Notes: generated by a model from the sequence alone, not told the origin. DNA of 64,000 nt from Cirrosporium novae-zelandiae (GCA_026023565.1 JAPETS010000040.1:124001-188000); one strand, 5' to 3'. Counted from the first letter of the stretch, positions 1-14,420 are shown. A program made the numbers and translations.

Positions 1-1513
1 CAAAGCCCACGATGAAACACAAGGAGGAGACTGCCACGGAAATAGCTTGCGGTTGGATTATCAGACATCAAATTGGTAACACTCATTCTTCCCCGCATAA
101 TGGCAGTACGATTGTACTGACTATCCGCAGGACTTGCGGTCAATCTCCTTTCCTTGCTTTTCCTAACACATGGCATGATCCCTCGAGCCAGAAGGCATAC
201 CACCAAGTTTTTTACGCTCTCTTATTACAATCAGGCAACAGGCGAATATGCAATTGGCTGGAATGATATCAACATGATTTTTTTCTACATCATTGTTTTC
301 ACGGGACTTAGAGCTGTGGTGATAGATTATCTCCTTATTCCGCTTGCAGAATGGGCTGGTATCAACAAAAGGAAGGACAAGACTAGATTTGCTGAGCAGG
401 CTTGGATTTTTGTGTATTATGGGGCATTCTGGAGCTTAGGCATGGTCAGCAACTTTGGAAACCCCTCCAATACCATGAACCATTACTAACAGAGTATTAC
501 AGTATCTCCTTCTTCAACACGAGTACTGGCGGGACTTCAAACAATTATGGGCGCCCTGGCCATACAGGGAAATGGGTGGATTGTTTAAGTGGTACTATCT
601 CGTTCAATTCGCGTTCTGGTTGCAGCAAATTGTGGTGGTCAACATCGAAGAAAGGAGAAAAGATCATATCCAAATGTTTACACACCATATCATCACCTGC
701 GCATTGATTTTTGCCAGTTATGGCTACCACCAGACCAGAGTCGGGAATTTGGTCCTCTGCCTGATGGATTCGGTGGATCTGATTTTTCCAGTAAGCATTT
801 GATCCTTGCCCAAAGACCCTCTTCAGAATTGATATTGATTACTACGGTACCCACAGATGGCCAAAATACTCAAATACCTCCATTACCTGAAGGCCTGCGA
901 CATCGCATTTGGCGTTTTTATGGTAACCTGGTTCATCTCCCGCCACATCATCTACGTGATGGTCACCTATTCTCTCTATGCGGATATCCCCAAGGTGGTT
1001 GACTATGGCTGCTATTACGGTTCGAACACGGACCTTCACGGCCCCATCCCTGTCCCCAACGACTTTAATCATTTTATCCAACCATACATAGATCCCGAGG
1101 GGCTTGTATGTTGGGATGGTAGCGTCACTTTTGTATTTGTTTCCCTCTTGTGTGGTTTACAGGTCCTTCTTATAATTTGGTTTGGCATGATCATTCGTGT
1201 AGCAGCACGAGTCATATCAGGAAAAGGCGCAGACGACACTCGTAGTGACGATGAAGGTGAAGACTCTCACAATCAAAATCAACTTCATGTCCCTCGCAAG
1301 ACGGATCTGCTCCCAGCAGCATCAACAGCGCAGCCTGATCCCATAGAAGAAGAAGCAGATATTGAGAGTGTGAACTTGACAAGGAGGCAGAACGGCTCCA
1401 CGAATAGGGGTAAGGGGAGGAAAGTAACTGCCAACACAACCGGTCTGAGTATTGCGGGACAGGGAGATCGAAAGGAACTGCTAGGACGGATTGGATGTGA
1501 AAAACAGATTTAA
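1..1513 (+). CDS. LAG1: Ceramide synthase (sphingosine N-acyltransferase, TLC/Lag1p family, BarA/Bar1-like subtype); 5' end lies outside the window
   Basis: Spliced model with introns 76-130, 445-502 and 791-856 (all GT..AG with CTGAC/CTAAC-type branch sites) joins the ORF fragments. Motifs: RFAEQAW, Lag1p motif EERRKDHIQMFTHH..MDSVD, GADDTRSDDE and C-terminal DRKELLGRIGCE. The RRKDHxQMFTHH form matches the BarA-type paralogue. Confidence 0.93.
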
Positions 1514-1964
1514 GTCTGTATTTGTTTGGGTGCTTTCCTGCCTTGTTGTGTTGAAGCAGTGATGGGATTATCAAAGCTATCAAACAAAAGGAATGAGAGG
1601 ATTGATTCATGGATGGACGGATGTGTGTGTATGGGTGTTACGTGGGAATAGCACTTTTTCACTTTTTTCTTTATTTTTGCATTAGAGGTCTTGGATTCCG
1701 TTTCCTATTTAAACCTTAGCTACCCTAAAAGTTCGAGCCTTTTTTTTCATTTTCTCCTTTTCTCTTAGCGGACGATGATGAATGTTTTTGTATTGCATTT
1801 CCGAATGTTTATGAGATGCATTTTATGTTCTGTTTTTTTTTTCCTGCATGTGTTTTTTCCTTCTTTCTAAAACTCGGATGCGCTTTATTTTAACAAAAGG
1901 CTTGCTCGAGTTCTAATTTTTTTATCACCAAGGATACCACTGTCTGTTCAAGTGTTTGTTGTTT

Positions 1965-2006
1965 ATCATCATCATCATCATCATCATCATCATCGTCGTC
2001 GTCGTC
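1965..2006. repeat. Compound (ATC)n(GTC)n microsatellite
   Basis: About 10 ATC units followed by 4 GTC units, read directly; it explains the poly-Ile/Val spurious ORF 1956-2249. Confidence 0.95.
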
Positions 2007-3201
2007 ATTGTCGACCTCGTCATTCTTCAAATTGCCCATTCAACATCTTTATCATCATTATCATTCGTCGTCATCATTATCAATAATACCCCCTCCCCCC
2101 CACACCCACAAAAACCACAACCAAAGAGGCAAAAAAAGAAGCAAGGAAATAATGCAGCTCTTCTCTTCTTGGTGGGCAGAATAACGTTACCTAACCTCCT
2201 CTATTCAACATATGAGACTTTGGGTTTTGGGTATATTTTACCCTCCTGAGTTTTGAAGTTTTTTTTTTCGTTGTCGTCTAGGGGAGGGAGAGACGTTTAA
2301 TGGACGGATGAGTTGTGTTTGTGTCTATGTGTTGTTTGTGTTGTTGTATGTGAGAAATAGTAATAATGATGTGTATGTATGCGTGCGTGCGTGTGTGTGC
2401 GTGATATGTGACAGTGACAGTCTGTGTGTGCAGTGTGTCTGTGTGTGTAAATCTCACTTACCTTTCCACCCCTTCTTCCTTCCCTTCCATATATCCCTCT
2501 TCTCTCTCCAAATTCCCCAGTATATATATTTTAATACCCCCCCCCCTACCCTAAATTTCAATTTCTCATGCTCTTAAGACCCAGGAAGCGGAAGATATTA
2601 AATAGACCATATATAAAAAGGAAAGACCTCTATATAGATAGTTTTAATAATATTTTTGTTTTTTTTAAAGGGTTTTTTTTTAGAGTTTTGATGTGTGGGA
2701 TTCATAGGGTTGTGTGTGTTAGGGTAATGGCAGGGTTGTGATAATGGGAGAGAGACAGGTAGAAAGTGAAATTTTTAATATTGGTAGTGAGGAATGATGA
2801 TGATGATTTATTGTTTTTATGTTTATATGTTGAATGAAGAGGAAGAAGGAGTTGATGACGATGATGAGGTTTGTGTCAGGGTTAGGGTCTTTTGGACTTT
2901 TGAGACTTTAGGAGTTTCGGAGGTTATGAATAGAGATCGATGGAGGGATAAAGGGATAGGGGAAAGGGCATGTTGTATTGTAATCTTGTAATCTTGTAAT
3001 ATATAGTATGGGTGAGATGAGATAGGAATGAGATGGGGAGAAGGTGGGAGGGAGGGGGTTTAGTTTGGTTATGATTATTTTGTCGTCGTCGTGGCTGTTA
3101 TTTTTGTTTTAGATCCTTGAGCTTCACGTTACGAAACAAAGGAAAACACAAGAAGTTCATCCACATAACCAACTAGCTATGAACTACAACGGTAAAAAAC
3201 A

Positions 3202-6200
3202 TCACAACAAATCAAACTTTTTAAAAGTCCCCACAACCGGCGCCTTACCCGGTCCTCTCATCTCTTCCAAACTATCCCACACGACCCCATCCGCCCCCGC
3301 TGGTCTTGGATTCTCTATCCCCATCCCCATCCCCTCACCCCTCTCCACTCCTCCCTTCTCTCCTATTCCCACCTCCTCCTCAGGCCACACCTCCCCCACA
3401 GCCCACCCACACAACCCACAAACCTCGGTCACCAACCCCTCCAAATTCCTCGCCCGTTCCCACATCGCCCTCCTCACCAATCCCTCCACCAACCTTTCCA
3501 CCTCTTCCAAAACCCCATTAACTCTTTCTACCAATCTGCGTACACTGCTGACTAAGTATTCCTCTTCGTACACGCTTCCTTTTTTTCCCCGGGCGCGTTT
3601 GCGCTCCTCGCGGCGGCGCGATTTTGAGCTTCGGCGTGTGGTGTTGGTGTGTAAGGTGCTGTTTGTGGCATGGCCGGTGTAGCGGGTCATGAGGGTGGGG
3701 TTCATGGCGCTGGTTGCGTTGGTGCTGGCTAGGGAGATGTTGTCTGGGATGTTATTGTCGGGGCCTTCTCCTGCGAGGGCGGTCCCCTCGAAGAATGCGA
3801 GCGGGTCGGTTGCTTTTTTGATGCGGAGTTCGTGGATTCGCGGCACCTGAGCGTGCAGCTGGGATTTCATTTCTGCGAGCATGTCGATTGTTGAGGCTAG
3901 GGCGGAGGTGAGGCCCGGGTCGAGGATTTGGGGGAGGAGGGTTGGGTCGTGTAGGGATAGGAGTCGTGCTGCGTGGGAGAAGTGCGTTGCTTTGCAGTAT
4001 AGCCGGGCCGCGGCGGGGATGTCGTGGAGGTGCGTGAGGTGGATTTCGGCGGCTGAGAGGTAGTCGTGGGATTCGGCGAGGGTGGCTGCGAGGGTAGTGG
4101 CGAGGTTTGTGAGGGCGGTTTCGGGGAGGGAGATTAGGGAGGCCGTTGTGAGGCATGCGGACCAGTCTAGGGATTGTCGGTAGGAGTCTGTGGCTTTTTG
4201 GTATAGTGAGAGGGATTCGTATGCGATGCCGGCTTCTTTGAATTTGGAGTTCGTGTAGAGGTGGTCGGCGTATTGCTGCATGATTTTGTTGAATTTTTCT
4301 TGCTGGTATCGCAGGAGCGATAGGCCGAAGCTGTAGAGGGTGTGTTTTTCTACGTAGGCACTGAATTCGTTGAAGACGTCGAGCGAGTGGAGGTGCTCGA
4401 GTGCTTTGGTATGCCGACCTAGGTGATCGTCGATGGAGAATTTTCGGCGGAGAAGCGGTTGTGCCTCTAAGTTTTGTAGGAATGGCATGTATTCCTTGGG
4501 GTCTTTCTGGGATTGCTGGGCCACCAGAAGTGCCAGCTCGAGGTCGTAGAGACCAAGGGCGTTGTCGTAGAGACGGTTTACGTCCACAAGGAAGCAGATG
4601 TGCTCGATTGCTTTGGTGGCTAGGGCTGTGGATTCGGTCCCGAGTTTCTTTACGAGGAGAAGTCCCGAATCGTAATCCGGAGGGGATTTGCAGACGTGCG
4701 CCGTGATTACGTTCTGGAGGTTGGTATTTAGTCGCGTTTTTAGGACTTCGATTATGGCGTCGCAGATGGTGTTGACTTTGGATTTTGGGGTTTCTAGCTT
4801 GGTTGATGGAGGGCTGAGCTTGGATTCGCCGTTGCTCTGTTTGACAATACCGTTTGGGTCGTGTCTCCTTGAGGGTAATGTCTCTTTATAGAGAGTCTGG
4901 GAGACATCTTCTTCCTTAAGATGTGATAGGAACAAGTCGATATGCTCGACTTTCTTGAGCTGGTTCACGAATAGAACGGTATGGAAGAGAAATTGCTCTG
5001 GCGCATAATCATACAGCAGATTCATATCTACCCGATGATTTCTGCACGCTAAGAATGCTTTCCTGTAGTCTTTTGCTATGATACTTTCTCGGATACCTGG
5101 GAGAACAAGAGCTCTGGGATATATTGTTTCTAGATTACCCCGCGGCATTTGAAAAACTAATGCGAAAGAGGATGGCATAACCGTTACAAGACGAGCTCCT
5201 CGCTCGATGCTTCGACATCTTTCATCCGTTTCGGGGGCATCTGGCGGGATCTCTAGATCCTGCTCAAGACTAGACTCGCCTTGTGGAGATTCCGTCTTGC
5301 TTAGATGAACAAACTTGACCAAATGCTGTGATGTGGTGAAAATTAAGTGGGAAGAGGTGGCCAAGAACGAGGTGACACCCTTAACAATAGGGGTCCCTCG
5401 ATAATAGAGGGCCCCATTTGCCGATAATCCAAAAGCATAAGTCTATCTAGCTGTTAGCAATCTGTCATTGGGAGCAGAAGAAGCTAGCTATACATGACCG
5501 GGATTCTCAACCAATTCTACCCATGGTGTCTCGGGGTTCTGTGCGAGCATAGACGCTTCGGATATGGGTTGACCCGCTAATTTAATATCCATCCAATTGG
5601 TCACTGAACCATTGGCCTGTTGCTTTAGACAGAATGCTCTCTTGAAGGAGTTGTCTGGGCATATTCTACTTATACGGTCTGTGAGAGGGATCGTGTATAT
5701 AGTCTTTGCCTCAGTAGCGCCAGGACTTATCTCCAGAATGTTCTGGCCCTCAGAGTGAGACTGAAGAACATATATCAGCTCGTCTTCTAACACACAGACT
5801 TGCTGATTGTGGATCTTTGATGACGAGCTTGTTAGCTCTACAGATCGATGCAACACAGGAGCTGGAATAGGTTTGGCGTCATAGTTAATACCGTAAATGC
5901 TAAGGCTAGAATGGTGAAGTACAACAAGTTTAGTACCGTCCTGATTGAACGCAACATCCAAGGAATTCGCCGAAACTTCAAGTTCATGAAGTGCCATCGG
6001 TGGAGGGACATTAGCAAGCCTCAGAGGACTGAACTTGACCGTTTCTGTGATTGTCAGATTTGCCAATTCATTGGTGAAGTTACTTACGTCCATCTATAAC
6101 GGCAATCGAGCCTGTGTCATGTGGGGGATATATAGGCCCACGACAAATATCAAAAATATATTCAAGTCTTTGCAAGATGTCTACACGCGATTAGTACTCA

Positions 6201-7377
6201 AGCTCGGTCGATATTGCATTGCAAAATTAAACATACCTCCAGAGTTTATTGTAAAATGTAGAGGCTTTTCCGGATGCCATCTAATGTCAGGACCCCCTAC
6301 TAACCCTGATTGAAGCATAACCTCCCCCTTCAGATAATAATGATAATTGCCCATGGTCCAAAGTTGAACGCTGTCTAAGAAGCATACAGCCAGTACCGTG
6401 GAGTCAGCATTCCATTGAAGTTCAATCTTTGAGGTGAACATCTTCACATCCTCTTTGTTAATGCGTAAAGTGAATTGTCCATGCCTGAGCCCATTTCGTT
6501 CGAAGAATACAACATCAATGCGGTTTTCCAGGCGCTGGATGCCCGCAATAATATTCCCAGCAGGTCTCCAGCTTAATGCGCTGTCCAGGCCATCAACTGG
6601 CTCGCTGACGCTATCGAGAACACCGTCTCGAGAGTATACTCGAATTACCCTGCGCGTGCCGGATTCAATGCTATTCATGGCGACATATGCCCCATCTCCT
6701 CTCCAGGATATTGTTGTTTTTCCGGAATCGAGTTCACTTAAAACACCTGCATCAACCTTCTCGGGCATCGTAGGGTCACGCAGAGCGTGCGCTCTTTTTC
6801 CTTTGAATTGGGTTTCTGATTTTCCCCAACCAACAGATACATGTTTGGAAATCTTGAGGTCATCAGAATTGAAACTAATATCGTTGACATTATCAAATGT
6901 TCTTGTCATGTACAACAATGTATTGGCTCTGGTTGTAATAGTAAGAAGTTCTCCATCTGGAGACCAAGCAGCAGCTGTAAGGCCTGCATCCACCGAGCCA
7001 ACAATTTCGATCTGCTCTTCTCCAAGCTGTGGCTCTTCGCGTACAACAACGAGATCTCCACCTTCAAGCACAAGACAAGCCGACCTGTTGTCTGGAAAAT
7101 ATTGGAAGGAAAGAATATGATCACATTTGAGATCTGGTAAGGGACAAGGAGCATCCCAAGAAGCTAAGAGTACCGACGAATCCTTTAGAGGAAGTCCTGA
7201 TTCTGATATTTCAGACCCAACTCCTTCAAAGCGTCGAAGTTCTATGACAGCAAGTTCTTCGGTTGGACCATAGGTACATAAAAGGGAATCTGTGTCACTG
7301 TCCCAGGCCGTTCCAGTCAGAGGAAGCTCATCCAAGCAGGTAGCCACCAAGCGGCTGACACATTTCAGATTCCGCAT
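3202..7377 (-). CDS. ELP1: Elongator complex protein 1
   Basis: Starts MRNLK (ATG 7377); introns 6181-6236, 6045-6087 and 5443-5493. IKI3 motifs: HVSVGWGKSETQFKGKRA, SWRGDGAYVA, FFERNGLRHGQF, LWTMGNYHYYLK, RSIERGARLV, QMPRGNLETIYPR, AQQSQKDPKEY and the basic RRREERKRARGKKGSVYEEEYL. Confidence 0.97.
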
Positions 7378-7910
7378 GTTAGTTACCGGCAATCATTTAA
7401 TTTGCTATGCAAAGTTAGAAGAAATTGTAGTGGAGGAGTGCAGCCTTATCTGAATTTGGTTTAGGAATAAAATTTTGGGACGGAAGCTCTAAGCGAGTTG
7501 CTATCGAACGCTGCTTTAAACGTTGATTTAATTTAACCGCATGCTTTCACTCCTACGGCTTCTCCGGATTAAGCAGTACTCCTCCATGGCGAAATATAAA
7601 AATTCAAGTTAGATAAACATATTCAAAAGACAAATATACAAACATTACCCTAGGATTATACCACCTTTTTTGGCCAAATTTCCGTTGTTCTATTGCTGCA
7701 ACCAATTAGAACCGCTACGAAAACCATTACGTTCTACGTCGATATAGCACACGGACAAATTATTTAGTATTATATGCAAGATATCAATCCATTCTCTGTA
7801 CAATCTGAACTTGTGAAAATAGTAGTCTTGGCTCAATCTTTTGGGTATCCGACTAACACTCGCAAGTCCACTAATTCCATATTGCCGCTTGGGCAATAAT
7901 AGCTGACCAT

Positions 7911-8254
7911 TTACTGGTTCTTCTTCGTTTGCCAAACTACAATGAAATATAAGTATACGACCAAAAGCCAAATCAATCAGTGGATGCTTGCCTGCAATGC
8001 CGAAGGGTGCGAGGAATGCAGCGACTGAGACTTGAGTCAGCATTTGAAGCTTCTTCCTGGACCTCGAGCATACTCATTGAGCCCCAGAATCTGACGGCAA
8101 AGAACTTGGTCAATGGGTTGAAAGGAAGGTTAGATCGTGGTCCTTCTGGATAATGATAAGGGCTGGACAGCCTTGCCCTGGTGGCATGAAACCCGCGCCG
8201 GGCGACGAGAGAAGTAGTTGCCGAAGTGGCACGGAAAGCGGAGCGGGAAAGCAT
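7911..8254 (-). CDS. COX8: Cytochrome c oxidase subunit VIIc (fungal subunit VIII)
   Basis: Arg/Ser-rich mitochondrial presequence, then YHYPEGPRSNLPF. Introns 8025-8073 (GT-AG) and 7937-7991 (GC-AG) give the C-terminus MIAAFLAPFGIAVWQTKKNQ*. Confidence 0.9.
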
Positions 8255-8586
8255 CTATTTTGTATATATTAGTTCTCGAACTGGTTAATAAATGATGGTC
8301 TAAATAATGTTACTGTACTTTAGAGTGGTGTTCAACAATTGAGTGGAGGTTTATGGTGGTAGCGGTACCTATTGAATGGATGTATGGTATGATGTTGGAG
8401 AGTTGGTGAGCTTGGTTAGATTCATGATCGCACCAACGGACTGGACTAATCCTTGCTCGGCAAATTCCGCCTACAAACAACTTACCTCATTTAACCAACC
8501 AGCAAATTCAAAAGTTCGAGAGTTCGAGAGTTCGCCAAAATCACTCTCCATTTATAACTTGCTTCTCCCTTATCTTCACAGCAAGC

Positions 8587-11500
8587 ATGGACGAGCTGTT
8601 CGACGTTTTCGACGAACAGCCGGAAGCTGTCCAAGGCAATAACGAACAATTTAAGAGCAGACCAAAAAGAGACAAATCGAAAAAGCGACAAGCCAATGGT
8701 GCTGTGAAAGAGCATAGTGAATCCAGCAATGTCGTGGATAATGATATGCAAGTAGATGAAACCCAAACTGATGGAAATGATGCGCTGGTAGATGGACAGC
8801 AAGTACAGCCTGATGCGAAACGACAACGCCGAGAAGCAGAGGTTGAGCCAGTTGTTACAGATGCTTTCGAAACCGAAAAGTCGAGAGAAGTTGCTGCATC
8901 CGCGGGTCTTCAGGCAGCCCAAGAGGGCAATACTGTTGTTCTATCACATCAAGTTCGACATCAAGTCGCCCTCCCTCCAGATTATGATTACGTGCCTATT
9001 TCAGAACACAAACGCCCAGAGAAACCAGCAAGAGAATGGCCTTTCCAGCTTGACCCGTTTCAACAAGTCTCCATAGCGTCTATCGAGCGAGAAGAAAGCG
9101 TATTAGTATCCGCACATACTAGTGCAGGAAAAACTGTGGTGGCCGAGTATGCTATTGCGCAGAGCTTAAAGAAAAACCAACGAGTCATTTACACAAGTCC
9201 TATCAAAGCCCTAAGTAATCAGAAATATCGAGAGTTTGCCGCCGAGTTTGGTGATGTTGGTTTAATGACCGGGGATGTGACGATCAATCCAACTGCTACA
9301 TGCTTGGTTATGACTACGGAAATTTTGCGATCTATGCTCTATCGAGGGTCGGAGATTATGAGAGAAGTTGCTTGGGTGGTATTCGATGAAATTCATTATA
9401 TGCGAGACAAATGTATGCCCTGAAGTATTCTGTTTCCATTCTGTGCTAACATTTCTCCAGCTCGAGGAGTGGTTTGGGAGGAGACCATTATTCTTCTACC
9501 AGATAAAGTCCACTATGTCTTCCTGTCAGCTACGATACCTAATGCAATGCAATTTGCCGAATGGATCACAAAAATGCACAGTCAGCCTTGCCATGTCGTT
9601 TACACCGATTTCCGACCAACTCCTTTACAACATTACTTTTTCCCAGCCGGAGCAGATGGTATACACCTTGTGGTTGACGAGAAGGGAAACTTTAGAGAAG
9701 AAAACTTTCAAAAAGCCATGTCCGCAATTGCCGAGAAGCAGGGCGACGATCCTTCTGACCCAATGGCACGAAGAAAGGGCAATGGCAAAGACAAGAGGCT
9801 TAACAAGGGGGGCACCAAGGGGCCATCAGATATATACAAGATTGTGAAGATGATTATGATGAAAAATTATAATCCCGTCATCGTGTTCAGTTTCAGCAAG
9901 AGAGAATGCGAAGCGTATGCTTTACAGATGGCTTCCCTTACTTTCAATGATGATTCCGAAAAAGCAATGGTGAAAAACGTTTTCAACAATGCCATTGAAA
10001 TGCTTTCAGAGGAAGATCGAACCTTGCCCCAGATACAACACATCCTACCTTTACTCCGTCGGGGTATTGGTGTACATCATTCAGGACTTCTTCCAATTTT
10101 GAAAGAGACGATTGAAATTTTGTTCCAAGAAGGTCTTATCAAAGTTCTTTTCGCTACTGAAACATTCTCAATCGGTTTGAACATGCCAGCCAAGACTGTT
10201 GTCTTTACTAGCGTTCGAAAATTCGATGGCATTGCTATACGCTGGGTCACCCCTTCAGAGTTCGTTCAGATGTCAGGAAGAGCAGGCCGACGTGGTCTTG
10301 ACGATCGAGGTATTGTTATCATGATGATAGATGAAAAGATGGATCCTGCTGTTGCCAAAGAAATTGTTCGTGGCGAGCAAGACAAACTTAATTCTGCATT
10401 CTATTTGGGCTATAATATGATACTCAATCTTATGAGAGTGGAGGGTATTTCGCCGGAGTTTATGCTCGAGAGATGTTTCTACCAGTTCCAAAACACTGCA
10501 AGTGTATCAGGTTTGGAAAAAGGTATATTCTAATGCTTCTTTTTTACTTACTTTTACTAACACGTTTCTGAAGAACTCCATGAGCTGGAAGCCAAAAAAG
10601 CGAACATGCGAATTGAGGATGAAAACACTATCAAAGAATACTATGAACTTCGTCAACAACTCACTACCTATACCAAAGATATGCGGGATGTGGTCAATCA
10701 TCCAAATTACTCCCTTCAATTCATGCAACCCGGCAGGCTGGTGAAGATCAAATATCAAGACTACGATTTTGGATGGGGTGCGGTGGTCAACTTCAATCAA
10801 CGGAAACCTGCAAAAGGGCAACCCGCTGAAAGCATCACTCCTCAAGAATCATTTATCGTAGACGTCCTGTTAGAAGTCTCAGATAGCTCGACAGTTGGAA
10901 CCAAGACTCATTCAAAGCTTCCTCCTGGTGTCCGACCACCAGCCAAAGGTGGAAAATCCAAAGTCGAAATTGTTCCTGTGCTTTTGGGTTGCGTGGAGTC
11001 CATTGGTCACATAAGGATATTCCTTCCCCAGGACCTGAAAACCGTCAGCGATCGACACACGGTGAAAAAGGCACTCGATGAAGTCAAGCGCAGATTCCCT
11101 GACGGGATTGCCGTGCTAGATCCAATTGAAAATATGGGCATCACTGATGAATCTTTCAAAAGCCTATTGAGAAAAATTGAGGTTCTCGAATCTCGCCTGT
11201 TATCCAATCCTCTCCACAACTCTCCTCGTCTTCCTGATCTCTACAACCAATATGCGGACAAGATGGAAATTGCAAACAAAATCAAGGAGGCCAAAAAGAA
11301 GATCAAGGCCGCCTTTTCAATTATGCAGCTCGATGAACTCAAATGCCGTAAACGAGTCCTCCGCCGCTTCGGTTTCATTAATGAAAATGATGTCGTCCAG
11401 CTCAAAGCCCGAGTTGCCTGTGAAATCAGCACAGGCGATGAGCTAATGCTTGCAGAACTATTATTCAATCGCTTTTTCAACGAGCTCACCCCAGAGCAGT

Positions 11501-12031
11501 GTGCAGCCGTTCTAACATGCTTCGTGTTTGAAGAGAAAGCCGACTCCTCGAAGCCGTTACGAGAGGAGCTGGCAAAGCCATTCAGAGAAATCCAGGCTCA
11601 AGCAAGAATCATTGCAAAGGTATCAATGGAAAGCAAGCTACCAGTAAACGAGGATGAATATGTGCAAAGTTTCAAATGGCAGCTCATGGATGTCATGTAC
11701 GAATGGGCACAAGGGAAATCGTTTGCTGAGATTTGGTACGTGTTATCCCAATCCATATATTTCCCCCTTCTACCCTTCTACTACCAAACCAAACATCCCC
11801 CTCCCCACACCCCCACAAATATATGCACACACACTAACCCCCCCTCACAGCAAAATGACCGACGTCTACGAGGGAAGTCTAATCCGCACCTTCCGCCGCC
11901 TGGAAGAATGCCTCCGCCAAATGGCAGAAGCCTCCAAAGTCATGGGCAACGATGAACTACGCGAGAAATTCGAATCTGCTCTCTCGAAAATAAAACGCGA
12001 TATCGTTGCTGCGCAGTCTTTGTATTTGTAA
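8587..12031 (+). CDS. MTR4: Ski2-like DExH RNA helicase Mtr4/Dob1 (exosome/TRAMP cofactor)
   Basis: Motifs [56 protein letters not shown], a KOW/arch region and DSHCT end [11 protein letters not shown]. Introns 9413-9460, 10523-10573 and 11736-11850. Confidence 0.98.
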
Positions 12032-12198
12032 GTGGGAAGGAGAGAGTGGGTGAGAGTGGTTTGGGTTGGGGAAGGGGAAGGGAGGGATGGAGTAGGGGAT
12101 GGGGATTTTTGCATGAGGAATAGGGAATGAGAAATAAGAAATATTAATACCGGGTTTTACCGGCGTATAGCAATGGCAATGGCAATAGTAGTAGTAGT

Positions 12199-12231
<33 letters not shown>

Positions 12232-14239
12232 ACGTATCTACATGTATCAACTTATCCCATGTCCTATGCCTTGTGTTCCTATATCCTATATCCTATATCC
12301 TATATTCATTCCAAGATCAAAATCAAGGGCGTTAAGTTTGAAAAAAAAAAATTCGGAACTTAAGGAAACAAAGGGATCTTTACATACATACATATATATA
12401 TACATACAAATGATAAGGATTTTCTATTCTCATTTTTATTTTTATTTTTCAATCTCCCTTTCTTTTGAGGGGGGGGATTAGATACAGCAAGGATACAGGA
12501 AATGTAGGGTTATATTACACCCTGCGAAATATGTATATATGTATATATATGTATATTAGAACATGAAACAATCCAATCCTCTCAACTTCCCACCTTAAAA
12601 AAATCTCAAAAATTCTTAAAAAAATATACCTATCCCTATACCTCCATACAATTCACCATTCCTAACATTCATATCCCTCATTCTTCGATCTTCCCTTTCC
12701 TTGAAAAAAGAAAACTGGATATCTACACAACAACAACAATATCCCCTATCTCCTTCTTATACTCCAAAGAAACCAAATCAAAAATAGACATCTATGTTTC
12801 ACGAACGTTGCCTTTTTATTTCCCTTTTTTCTCCAAGGATGTTTTGGGACACGGTGGCGTTCGCGGTTCTTTCCAAATACATAAGGCATGGAGAGGAAGA
12901 GGGGGTATGGAACTAGAAGATCAGTAGTATGTGTTACGCGCTGGCTAAACTTTCAGAGACGTGTTTTGAAGATCCTTCTGGGTTGTCGATCACACACACA
13001 CTGGTACTACTCTGAGCATATATTTGCTATGGGCTAAAGCGAGTTGAGGAGGAATATGGGGTCGCACGTTGCTTCAAGCTAAGCGGAGAGGAAGGAAGCT
13101 TTTTGTTAGTTGTGATTGTGATGGTGGTACGTGCGAGGGGGTAGGTGATGAATTAGCTAAACCTTTTTTGCGAGTTAAAATCTAGGGACTTGTGTAGTTA
13201 GAATCCTTCAGGTTCATTCGAGAGGCTAAGTGATTCAGAGAGATGTGATGTGGTGTTGAGGGTAATGGTGTTGCGCGTTAAGGTTTTTGATAGTGGCGTG
13301 TGTACTCCAAGGATACCAGCCTTATCCTGGTATTTTGTGATATTCAATAGCTAAGGTTATCAAGCCTGTCACATGATTGAATATGACAATTCGGCTATAT
13401 TGAATTAGAGATAGTCTGGACAACTGAGCTCTTTGACTCGACGGCCCGTTTGCGTTCGAGGATTAACATGTACACGCTAGTGTCTGCAGACATTTAGCAT
13501 CACGCTGTGCGTGCCATTTTATGTTTATGTTTATTCCGACAAAAGGTTCAGGATGAAGTGGAGCGGTTGCATGATGTTATTAGACCTTGATCTTTGTTGG
13601 TAGGTTTGAATGGCCAAATGGATAGGTTAGTGGAAGGCGATTAGGATGGACCGTGATCCTAGGTAGTACATGTTTGATAAGCATGAAGCTAGAGAAGTCG
13701 GTAGTTATAATAATGCCCTGAAAAGAAACAATTCTGCTCACTGGGCCTAGAATAGTGTTGCTGCTATTTTAGCTTGAACGGTTAAACTAAAGAGACAGAA
13801 AGATGCAACATTGGCATTAAAGGGAGGACAATTAGTCAAAAAGGTCGGGCGAGTAATCCTATGGGGAAAGAGACATGCAGAGTTTAAAGTGTGAGGGGAA
13901 AAAATATACAATTTATGTTGAGATCTAGGGGTTAGGGATGAGATGGGATAAGGGAATTGATGATCCGGTGAGGTGGTGGAACGAGGAGAAATATCAATTG
14001 TAAAGTTTTTCTTCATCCTTGTAAAGTTAGATAATGTCTGGGTTAGAAAAAGCGGAAGGAATGGGCGGGCAGGGACCCGAGTCAGTTGATGCAAGGACCA
14101 GATTTGCTTGATTGATGGTTTTTTTTGTTTGCCATTTTGTGTTCAGCCGGAAATACAGAGAAAAATCAAGACAAACGAACATTGCAATATATTAAGAAAT
14201 GGAAGTTTATAAATGGCGGAATTATTTTCTGTCTTCGCA

Positions 14240-14240
<1 letters not shown>

Positions 14241-14274
<34 letters not shown>
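14241..14274. repeat. Poly-G tract (about 34 nt)
   Basis: Uninterrupted G run read directly; a poly-C run of about 22 nt lies at 15284-15305. Confidence 0.9.
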
Positions 14275-14280
<6 letters not shown>

Positions 14281-14420
14281 TGGAGTTTATTGCAATAGAT
14301 TTAGAAAAGGGAAAGAAGGAGAGGGAGAGGGAGAAGGGAGGGAGGACGCGTTTAAAGGCGCCAAAAATAAACCCAGTCGGTTCAGTCCCCACTGGACTAA
14401 TTACTGGGTAAACGCGGGCT

